Shown here piece by piece: positions 25,787 to 37,130 of a DNA stretch of 64,000 nucleotides. The translations under genes were made by a program, and so were the position numbers. The number at the start of each line of letters is the position of its first letter. Position 1 is the stretch's first letter. A model generated the notes under the pieces. The model was given only the letters and a program-made list of their open reading frames with translations, ran no database searches and had not been told where the DNA came from. The DNA lies in contig NC_083231.1 in NCBI RefSeq assembly GCF_032191835.1, positions 2,170,001 through 2,234,000 of the forward strand. The letters are read 5' to 3'. This DNA comes from Heteronotia binoei (lineage: Eukaryota).

Positions 25787-27821
25787 TAGGGATGTGCATT
25801 CGGTTCGGCCGAATCGAAGAAACCTCCGAATCACCCCTGATTCGGAAGTATACGCCGCCATATGCTTCTGAATCCAATCGGAAGCCATTATACAGGAGCC
25901 GGATACGGCTCCCTGTATTCTTCCGAATCAATATTCAGAACTATACGGAAGTCCATAGAAAAGGCGAGAAAGGAGCTTCTGCAGCCTCAGGGAAGCTGCT
26001 TCCCTTCTTTCCCACCTTTGGAAGCCTTTTCCCGCCTCTCCGATAGCCTCCCTGGGATCAGGGATGGAGGGGGAGTGGGAGAGGAGCCCCAGCAGCCAAT
26101 CCAAAGCATGCATTTACAAAATGCATTGCAAATGCATGCTTTGCAGGGCTGTTGTGTAGCTGATGGCTGGGCTAATCCCCCAGCCATCAGCAACATTGTT
26201 GTTCTTTTGTTTACTTGGGTATCCAACAGTGTTCTCTGGCCAATCATAAAGCAGTGGTATTTTTTGAAACTGCTCTGTGTAGGACCAGAGAACATTTTTA
26301 AGGAATCTGCCTGGCTGGACTCCATTCCATTGTTGCTGTGTTGGTGTTGGTGTGAGAGAGAGATTGTGCAGCACTGGCCCTTGGCCTCAGCTGCTGCTGC
26401 GCTCTCTCAGCCTTGCCTGCCTTGCCTGACCTGCCTGGAGAAGACATCTAAGGTAAGACAGTCTTGGGGTTCTTGTTTTTATTTTAGTTAGTAAAAGGAC
26501 TTTTTAAGACTCAGAGTCCCTTTACTTATCCAGATTTGGGTGGGTGGGTACTGAGTAGCTTATTTGGGGTTAGGGTTTGGGGGTTCTGCTGGGGGTGGGG
26601 GCCTGGGGTGGGGGAGTTGCCAGTTTGCCTATATCTTACTTTAGTGAGAGGACTTTTAAAAGTGCAGTGTCCTTTTACTTTTCCTGATTTGGGTGGCTTC
26701 AATTTCTTGGGGTTAGGGTGAAGAGGTTTTTTTGGGGGGGGAGAGGTTGGTAAAGTTCCTGTATTGTTAAAAGTCAAGTTTTTTACTGTTTTAAAAGGAT
26801 TCTGTGTTTGATTTGTTTCTGCTGTTGTTCCTTTTCTCTTCTGGTTCTGGTTCTTGAGGGGGGCCTGTTTGGCCTAATTTTCATTGTTAAAAAGGTCGCT
26901 TTTTTAACAGTTGAATTTGTTGGCCTTTTCTCAGTGATTTGGATCTGTTGCTGTTGGTTTTGCATCGTGTTCTGCTGTCCCTTTTCCTGGTTCTGGTTTT
27001 TTGGGGAGGGGGGGCGTTGTTGACTGATTTGGCCTGAGGTTTTTTATTGTTGAAAAGGTCACTTTTTTAACAGTTGAGTTTCTTGGCCTTTTCTCAGTGA
27101 TCTGTTTGGATGTTGTTGTTGTTTGGATCTGTCCACCGCTTCTCTTGTTTGAGAGTTGTGTTGTTTGGGGCAGGGCTGGAGAGCTGGCATCTGTAGATTG
27201 TGTGTTCTGTGGCAGGGAAGCTGGCATCTGAGTGAGAGACCCAGAACCAGCATGCTTCTTGTGCTTGGCCAGCTCTCCTCACGTTGTTTGGGGCAGGGCT
27301 GGAGAACTAGCATCTGGGTTTGCTGCAGTCAGGTCTGCAGAGCAGACCTTGAGCAGATTGTGTTTTGTGTGGCAGTAATGTTGGCAACTGGGTTTATATT
27401 GGTTCCAGGCCAGCAGGGTTCATAGAGGATGGATGTAGTGATTTGGATCCTATATTCTCTGGTGTAAAGTTAGGTTTGGCTTTGGGTGCCCCAGGAATTG
27501 GACCCCCTGGCCCAATCTTTTTGGGACTTGGGGGGTTTTGTAGGGGAGAGTCCCCTGCAGGTCTCCTGCATATTTGGGGGCTCTCCCTCAAACCTCCTCC
27601 CCTCCAGGTGGCTTCAAATATACCCTATTTGCCACTGATTTCAATGGCCATAGGGTATAATGGGGCCGTATATTCGGAAATAGCCATACATCTACCATAT
27701 ATACAGCTATTCTGAGTATCGGTATTTGGAAATATATGGCATTCCAAATATTTTGGTCCCGTATACCGTATTTCCGAATCCAATTATTTCTGATTTTTTT
27801 TTTTTTTTTGGCACACTGCTA
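25787..27821 (+). mobile_element. Non-autonomous hAT-type DNA transposon (~2 kb)
   Basis: Imperfect TIRs TAGGGATGTGC / GCACACTGCTA, near-perfect 8-bp TSD TCTGGGAT/TTTGGGAT, subterminal CCGAAT-type repeats, no transposase ORF. Confidence 0.7.
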
Positions 27822-28283
27822 TTTGGGATCACAGGACAAGGAAGGGGAGTTTGACATCAATTTCACAGGCTCAATCCTCATGGGGAAAACATACAAGCAC
27901 ATACATGGTGCCTGTGAGGTATTGCCACTGCTGGTCCAAGGGGGACAGGAAAATGGCCAAACCCTCACACTACAGCCTCACCCCACTCTGGTTGCTTCTC
28001 TTTACTACTAAAAATCCATGGCTGATCTCTTTAGATAGCTGGTCTAGTTAAGCACTTGGGTACTAGTTAAGCATCTGAGGCTCTCCATTGCAGCTCTGCC
28101 CCTCCAGTCTCTAACCACACAATCTCTTAAAGGCTTAAGCAAATGCTTCCTCCAGGCCTTGGATTCAGTGGGAGCTCACAGGAGCACAGCTCCTGAACCT
28201 CCTTGTCCACTGAATAGTAGGTGCAGCTGCATAACAATCCCTGGATGAGCTCCACCACCTATTTTTCTACAAAATGACCACTG

Positions 28284-31200
28284 TGTCAAGTCTGCTGTAT
28301 TTTGGTTGACCTATTCTCTAACTCTGGTTCAGAAGCAAGGGATTCTGGGTAGATCACACTGAACACTGAATGCTGCTAGCTAACTCTCCTTCCCCCCTTT
28401 CATAGCTATGCCTTTGTTATGTAGCCTGCTTTGAAATGCTGATATGTGAACAAGATAGTAGAGCCTTCTCAGGCCGGGTGTCTGTGGGAGTGTTAAGCGC
28501 CAAGGCCTTGGCTTGGGAACGAGGGAGTAACATCCTAGTGCGAAAATATACTGCATAGAGTGCCCCGCCCGTAGGAATCCTTTGATCTATACCTTAAATG
28601 CTTGGTGAATGTCCATGTACCCCAATCCTTCAATCTCTATCATGGTCTTCAGTTCTGCTTTCAATAAACTAGTAACTTTGTTTCAACCAAAGACTCGTTA
28701 TTGAATTCAGCCGACTTGACATTTTGAAGGACTCCCTATCTTGGAGTTCAACCTTTCCGGCAACTTGAAAAGGCGATGACCGACCAGACTCCGGACAACG
28801 GAGAACTCCCAACCAGAGCGGAGGGGGCTGAGACACCCTGGCACATCCATACTGCCAGAAGGACCGCGGCTTCTCCCCCCCAGTTTCAACTGGTGGTTAC
28901 TCCCCGGCAATACCAACCGAGGACCTCCACCACGCTGATGGACCAGGCACCGATCCGCCGGGAGGCAATCATGACCCGCCACACCAAGCGGGTTCAACTG
29001 GCTGAAGCCGCGGCTACCAACCCGGGCGAGTCGGGCGAAGGAATCGAGGCAACCGTGACCCAAGTCCCCGGTAGCGGAGGCGAAAGTGCGGAGTGTGGGG
29101 CGGAGGATGGGGGGCCGAAGCCCAAGGACCCGCACGATGAGGACTATGAGATGTTTCGGTCGATGGTCCACCGCGAGGTCGGCGGAGCGGTGAAGGACCT
29201 CAAGGACCAGATGCAGACCCTAACCACGCAGCTGGGGAGAGCGTTGGGGGTGACCGGGGCCCGTCAGCAACAGCCAGGGCCGGCGGGGCCTCGGGGCCGC
29301 CCAAGCCAACTGCCACCCGTCGCCCCCACGGCTCCCCAAGCGCCGGCGGCACCCCCACCTGCCCCGGTTAGGCAGCGAGACTTGGGGGGGGGGGCCGGGA
29401 GCTGGATGCCACTTTCGACGGGGACCCGGAGGAAGTGAACTACTTCACGATCCAAGCGAACAGCTATATGTACTATTGGGGGGACCTGTTCCCCGACGAG
29501 ATGAGCCGAGTGGATTACCTGGGGTCGAAGCTGCGGGGCGCTGCCAAGAAATGGTACGTGAGCCTGTGTGAGACCAACAGCCCGATCCTGCACTTCGTAA
29601 ACACGTTCGTGCAAGCCCTACTGACCCAGTACGAGGACCCCTTGCAGGAGGCCCGAGCGCTATCGGGACTACGGAACATGAAGCAAGGGGACCGATCCAT
29701 CCGGGAATACGCGGCAGATTTCCAGGCTAACGCTGCCAGGGCCTGGAACTGGAACAAAGTAATGAAAATCGAGCACTTCACCAACGGGCTGAACCCTAGC
29801 ATCCTGGACCGGGCGCTCACCCAAGCCAACCCAGACACGCTAGTGGGATGGATCCAGCTGGCGGGAGAGGTGGAAACCAACCTGAAGCGAGTGGCAATGC
29901 TGTGCCAAGCACTGGCTGAGGGCAAAGGAGCGCCCAAAACCACTCCCCGGAAGGCCGAGCCTCCCAAAGCCAAGAAGCCGCCGGTGGCCGCTCCGGCGGG
30001 GCCCCGCCGTTGCTTCCGGTGCGGTGACCCAAACCACCTCGCCTCCAACTGCCCTCAGCCTCCCGCGGGAACCACCCAGGCGCCAGGGTCAACCAGGCAG
30101 AGCACCCCGGAACCCAAGAAGCCCCCTGGCCGCTCTAAGGATGCGGCGAAAAGCAGCGCGTTGATGGTGCAGGAGGAGCTGCAGGAAGAAGAGGTCCGTC
30201 TATCCGCAGAATTGGCCGACCTCGCGTGGGAAGAGGAGCCGGCGGGAAACGACTCCGACCTGCTCTGAACAGTGCCAGCCAGCAGGTCGATCGGGAAAAG
30301 GCACCACTGACGGTGAGAGCCACGGGAAGACTGTACTTTGTGATGGTAAAATTGTTGAACCCAAAGTTGAGAAGGTTCCTACAAATTCGAGCCCTCGTAG
30401 ACTCGGGGTGCAACCGAGAACTAATCTCCCCCAAGGTGGTGGAGGCCCTGGGGCTAGAGCGCTCACAGCTGCCCCACCCCATGCTGTTTGAGCAGATGGA
30501 TGAGTCAGTGATGGGGGGGGAGCCCTGTACGCAGGAAACAGAGCCATGCCCCTTGGGGATTGAGGCCCATTGGGACCAGGTGACTTTTGTCATTGCCCCG
30601 GCCTGCGGCTATCCAGTAGTGTTGGGAGTGGGGTGGCTGGAAAGGCACAAGCCGCTCATTCGTTGGAAGGCACAGACCATTAGGTTCCCCGACCCAGATT
30701 GCAGCGGGCACTTATAGAACACGGCGTGGGGGCCGCAGGTGCCCGCCGCCCGAGAGAGGGCGTGCGTCCTGGTAGAGGAGGTGCACCATGTCCCGAGTGC
30801 ATACCGCGACCTGATGGAGGTGTTTAGCGAGCGGGAAGCCAATCAACTACCCCCCACATCGGAACACGGACTGTGCCATAGAACTGATCCCCGGGGAAAG
30901 CCTACCCCGGGCCAAACTCTACCAGATGGGGTGGGCCGAGAAAAAGGAACTGCGCAAATTCTTAGACTTGAACCTGGACAGGGGTTTCATTAGACCCGCA
31001 ACGGCCCCCCATGTGGCCCCGGTTTTGTTTAGAAAGAAGAAGGATGGGACGCTTAGACTTTGCACTGATTTTCGCGGGATAAACGCGATTTCGATGTCCA
31101 ACGCCTACCCCATCCCCCTCATCAAAGACTTACTGAACACGGTGTCGGGGGGGAAGATATTTACAAAACTCGACCTGAGAGACGCGTACTTCCGAGTGCG

Positions 31201-34061
31201 CATCAAAGAGGGGGATGAGTGGGAAACGGCGTTCAACACTCCAATGGGGCAATTTGAGTATTTAGTTATGCCGTTTGGGTTGCAGGGGGCGCCGGGGGTG
31301 TTCATGAACTTCATAAATGATGTGTTGAGAAAATTTCTGTACAAGGGGGTGGTGGTGTACCTGGATGACATCATTATTTACTCCCAGGATGAGCAATCTC
31401 ATGTAAAATTGGTGAGGGAGGTACTGAGCACCCTGCTAGAGCATCAACTGTATGCGAAACTGTCTAAATGCGAATTTCACCGCACCGAACTAGACTACCT
31501 CGGGTTCCGAGTGTCTAGAGAAGAATTAGCCATGGACCCCGCAAAAGTGCAGGCGGTCTTAGAATGGGCCCCCCCAAGAACACGTAGACAGCTCCAATCA
31601 TTTCTCGGGTTCGCAAATTTTTACAGAGGATTCATTGAGGGGTTCGCCCAGATCGCCCTGCCCCTAACTGACCTCCTAAAGACAAAGGGGAAGGGCGAGG
31701 ACGCGAAGCGACCCGGGGCCAAGCTAAACTGGACGCCCACCTGCCAGGCGGCTTTCGACCGGCTCAAGCAACTGTTCACTAGCGAGCCGGTCCTGAGCCA
31801 CCCGGATGAGCAAAAGGGCTTCATGGTGCAATGCGACGCTTCCGACGTCGCCGTAGGAGCCATTCTCATGCAGAGGGATGGGGCGGGGAAACTGCGACCC
31901 TGTGCCTACATCTCGCGGAAGTTCTCCGACGAGCAGAGGAATTGGTCGGTGTGGGACAAGGAGGCTTTCGCAGTCATGTTTGCATTAAAAACCTGGAGGT
32001 CGTGGCTAGAGGGAGCCAAAGTGCCATTTGAAGTGTGGACTGATCACAAAAACCTCGAAGCGCTAACTGGGAGACGGAAACTGAGTGAAAAGCAAATCAG
32101 GTGGGCGGGATTCTTTTCCAAATTTGATTTCACCCTAAAACACATCCCAGGGACCTGGAATTTCTTGGCCGACGCCCTGTCAAGGCTCCCGCAACACGAG
32201 AGCCAGAGGGAGGAGATGGTAGACTCGCTAATATCCCCCACGCAAGTGGCGGCCATGGTCACCACCCGCTCACAGAAAAAGAAGGAACTGGACGGGCTCA
32301 GCCGCGACCGCATCGCCTTGGAGACCGAGAGGGAGGGAGGTGGGCAGCCCGAGGGGGTGCGGAAGGGGAAAGATGGGCTGTGGTACAAAGAGGAGAAATT
32401 ATACGTCCCGATGACACTGAGAAGAGAGATCTTGCAACTATGCCATTCATCTAAATTGGCCGGGCACTTTGGCTATGTAAAAACCCTGCACTTAGTGAAC
32501 CGACAGTTCTGGTGGCCGTCCTTGCGAAAGGACGTGTCGGAATTTGTAACCGGCTGCCCGGTGTGCATAATGGCGAAAAAGAGGGGGGGGGGAGCCCCCA
32601 GGTCTACTGCAACCACTGGAAACGGCCAAACGCCCCTGGGCCATTGTGTCCATGAACTTTATAGTAGAGCTTCCTTCCTCAAGGGGGAAAACAGTCATTT
32701 TGGTGGTGGTAGATACGTTTTCCAAACAAGCCCATTTCATCCCCTGTACCCAACTACCCACAGCCAAGAAACTGGCCACCCTATTCTTTGATCACGTGGC
32801 CAAACACCACTCAATCCCCGACAAAGTCATTACTGACCATGGGCCTCAGTTCGTTGCCACCTTTTGGTGGGAGTTCTGCAAACTGTTAGGGATGGAGAAA
32901 GGGCTAAGCTCAGCGTACCACCCCCAGACGGACGGACAGCCAGAGGGAGTGAACAGGGTGCTGGAGCAATATTTGTGGTGCTTTGTGAGCCAGCGCCAGT
33001 CCGACTGGGTAGATCTCCTCCCCTTTGCAGAATATGCCTATAACAACAGTACCCACAGCTCCACCAAAGCCTCCCCCTTTTCAACAGTGTTTGGGTATGA
33101 GGGAAAACCGATCCCGATGCTGCCGGGGGGGGGGGGGAGACCCAGGCACGGGCTCTGCCTTCAAACAATGGTGGCAGGGACCCAGCCAGTGCTGGCCATC
33201 CATCCAGGAGAACTTAAAAGTAGCAAAGGAGGCTTACAAGAAGCAATATGACAAGTCTCATGTACCAGTCTGGGAGCTAAAGGTTGGAGACTCAGTATAC
33301 CTGTCAACGAAAAATCTGCCCCTCTCCCAACCATCCAGGAAATTGGCTTTTAAATTCTTGGGTCCCTTTAAGATCAAGCGAGTAATCAACCCAGCAACTG
33401 TGGAATTAGATTTGCCTCCTGCCCTTGGTAAAATCCACCCTGTGTTTCATTGCAGCCTGCTCCGTCGAAATCCGGAACCGTCCCGTTGGCATCCGCCAGA
33501 ATCAACATCCCTCCCCGTCAAAGGGGAGTGTCGGAGCCTCTGGGGCCCCGAAACACTGAGCTATAATCGGGAGCAAACCTTCCCTCGAGCCCGCGCTGCA
33601 GGAGGGGCTTAGGGGGGGCAGTATGTCAAGTCTGCTGTATTTTGGTTGACCTATTCTCTAACTCTGGTTCAGAAGCAAGGGATTCTGGGTAGATCACACT
33701 GAACACCGAATGCTGCTAGCTAACTCTCCTTCCCCCCTTTCATAGCTATGCCTTTGTTATGTAGCCTGCTTTGAAATGCTGATATGTGAACAAGATAGTA
33801 GAGCCTTCTCAGGCCGGGTGTCTGTGGGAGTGTTAAGCGCCAAGGCCTTGGCTTGGGAACGAGGGGGTAACATCCTAGTGCGAAAATATACTGCATAGAG
33901 TGCCCCGCCCGTAGGAATCCTTTGATCTATACCTTAAATGCTTGGTGAATGTCCATGTACCCCAGTCCTTCAATCTCTATCATGGTCTTCAGTTCTGCTT
34001 TCAATAAACTAGTAACTTTGTTTCAACCAAAGACTCGTTATTGAATTCAGCCGACTTGACA
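28284..34061 (+). mobile_element. Ty3/gypsy Tf1/sushi-type LTR retrotransposon, element B, young, no chromodomain
   Basis: 438-bp LTRs at 28284-28721 and 33624-34061, with only 3 differences seen, and TSD CACTG. Gag 28776-30268 (CFRCGDPNHLASNC). Pol in the -1 frame from ~30244 to 33612 (ALVDSGC, YLDD, RNase H, HHCC/DDE integrase). PPT present. Confidence 0.97.
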
Positions 34062-35011
34062 CACTGGTTTCCTCAGTAACTGACCAACAGGATCAAGGGG
34101 GCGAGGGGAAAAAAATTAAGGCAGCAGAATGTACTCAGTAAAATGCAGCAAAGAATACCGCAGCCAGGGAATTAAAAAGCAGAACACTGGTTCTAGCTTC
34201 CAATTGCCATATATGTCCATGGAAAAACCCTGGCAACAGCCAGCAACTAGATTTGGAAATCAGAGTCTCTCTCTCTCCTGCTCTTGAGAGGAACACCTCT
34301 GTGAGAACTTGTGAGGTCACATTAGCAGGTGCATGTGAAGGAGTGGAAAATCAAACCTGGTTTTCCCACTGCACAAGCTGGCTAGGAGATGTTGCATGAC
34401 ATCCAAGAAGCATAACTTTTGCTAACATCAAACAAAGGGTCCTTAACCAAAAGACTGTTTCCTTGCCATTCCTTCTCTGATTCAGCAGGTTGGCCCAGTC
34501 CAAGGGCAATTATAAGGAATATTCTGCACAAACACACTCACAACACAAGCATCTGTTGGGCTAACATTACACACAGCTGCATTACACTGTCTTCTTTGGC
34601 CCTCAAGACAGGACATTAGTTGCACAGGGTGCATTCAGACACAAGGACTCAATGACCCAGTGCAACAAGCATGAACTTTAGAAGCCCCCAGCCTTGTGGA
34701 GTCGCTCTCTTTCCCTGCTCTCTCTCGGGTCCACATGAAACCCTGACAGCTTTGAATAAGTATAGCTTCTGAATGGGATCTCATAACACAGGGGTTTTTG
34801 CATATGGTAAAAAGTTTATTACAGCCATTTTAAAATGTGCTTTAATTAAGATATAAATTTAAAATACAAATAAATAAATTATTGTTCTCCTTTCCCCACT
34901 ATTTGGAACCAAAACAAGACATCCTTGCCAGCTGCACGTACAAAACTAAATCTTTCACTGGCATCCAGAGCAGCTCATGTTCAGTTGGACCTGTCTCCAT
35001 CTGGAATTTCA

Positions 35012-35286
<275 letters not shown>

Positions 35287-36314
35287 CTGAAAGGAAACAG
35301 AAGCTCAGTGTTAACTGACCAGTAAGAGCACCCTAGGAACAATCCAACCAAACATCCTGTTTCCTTGCCATTCCTTCTCTGATTCAGCAGGTTGGCCCAG
35401 TCCAAGGGCAATTATAAGGAATATTCTGCACAAACACACTCACAACACAAGCATCTGTTGGGCTAACATTACACACAGCTGCATTACACTGTCTTCTTTG
35501 GCCCTCAAGACAGGACATTAGTTGCATTCAGACACAAGGACTCAATGACCCAGTGCAACAAGCATGAACTCCCACAGCCTTGTGGAGTCGCTCTCTTTCC
35601 CTGCTTCTCTCGGGTGCTGCTCAGAAATTAGTGACTTCCATGTTCACAACAAGCCACAGTTCACCTTTACATATGAATCACAAACAACAGATTCTTTATT
35701 GCAAGGATTCACTCTGACTTGGAATCGTGAAACAAACCCTACTTCGTATTTCAAACCTAATGTTCAATGAATGGAAAGGGAAGCAGACAGAAGCAAGCAT
35801 AACCAAAACTTCCAAGGTTCATTTTTTTGTAAAATAAATCATGCTTTGTTGTATAATAGTGTAGAAATAGTAGTTGTTTGTTGCAGTGTAGTGATAGACA
35901 CTTCAGAAATTGCCTAGCTTTTGGAAATGGAATAGCACAGAGTTCTAGAAGCATTCTGAATATATTTTAAACGAATTCTGTCCCAGGAGTTCAGGGCAGC
36001 ATATGTGATTGCCTCTCCTCCATTTTATCATCATAGAAGGTAAGGCTAACAGTGGTGAGCTCCTGCCCAAGGACACCAAATGGGTGAGTGGAGATTTTAC
36101 CCTGGCTCTCCCCAAACATGGTCTAGCCCTCTAACCACTAGATTATGAAAAATTAAATATTTCCTGAGTCACATAAAGAGTGAAAACTGTTGCTGTTCAA
36201 ATTGAGTAAAGGCACTTCGGATGGAAAAAGAAGAAGAGCCTGATATAGCCTAATGTACCTTCTTAACCAAGGCACCAAAGACTCAGGATCACACAGGAGC
36301 CTTCTACCAAAACA

Positions 36315-36790
36315 TATTATTATTATTATTATATTATTATTATTTTCAACTTAATCACCCTATTCCAGCTTGTGTTGGGCTCAGGGTGATGTGCAACATA
36401 CACTGAAACAATATACTAGTTAAAAACAGCACAATAAATTAATTAAAATATAAAATCTCAGGTGCCTTATAAATTTTTCTGCATTCTGGACTTCCAGGGT
36501 ATCATGCTGGGGAGTGGGGGAGGGAGAGAGAAAAACTTGCAAAGTGTGTGGGGGGGAGGTGACAGCCCAGTAGCAAACCATTGTTGCCCACAACCAAAGC
36601 CTGGTGGAACACCTCTGCCTTACAGGCCCTGCGGAATTGCATAAGATCCCACAGGGCCTGATGTCATCTGGCAGAGAGTTCCACCAGGTTGGGGCCAGGA
36701 CCGAAAAGGCCCTGGTTGAGGACAGCCAGACTTCCCTAAGGTCAGGGATCACCAAAGCATTCTTACCAGTAGAGCACAAAACTCTTCCAA
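36315..36790 (-). mobile_element. L2 LINE 3' fragment with (AAT)n tail
   Basis: TRAFSVLAPTWWNSLPDDIR motif and AAT repeats at 36315-36345. Confidence 0.75.
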
Positions 36791-36994
36791 GGACATAATA
36801 ATATTATTATCATTAGAAATGGATATCTAGAAACATGTTGCCAGCTGGAGAGCAGAGAACATAGGAGAGCAGAGAACATCAGACACAAAACAAACATAAG
36901 AATGGAGGCAAAGGAGAGGTAAAAACGTTTACCTTTTTTACTAAACATGGGTTAACTGTGGGCTTTTTTTGAGCAGGAATGCACAGGAATATAG

Positions 36995-37130
36995 CAGGGG
37001 TGGCCAACAGTAGCTCTCCAGATGTGTTTTGCCTACAACTCCCATCAGCCCCAGCCAGCATGGCCAATGGCTGGGGCTGATGGGAACTGTAGGCAAAAAA
37101 ACATCTGGAGAGCTACCGCTGGCCAGCCTG
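36995..37130. mobile_element. Palindromic hAT MITE (136 bp)
   Basis: Whole-length inverted symmetry and a perfect 8-bp TSD GAATATAG. It is nested in a CAGGGCTTTTT-family MITE remnant. Confidence 0.85.

Noticed and set aside
28776-33612. Domesticated PEG10/RTL-like host gene
   Set aside because: Both LTRs, a TSD, a PPT, a nonsense codon and a catalytic D>N change indicate a recent ordinary TE insertion, not a conserved gene.
35291-35366. 10-bp inverted repeat (AAGGAAACAG/CTGTTTCCTT) that could mask the start exon's polypyrimidine tract
   Set aside because: It is too short and low in complexity to separate from chance without folding or conservation data.
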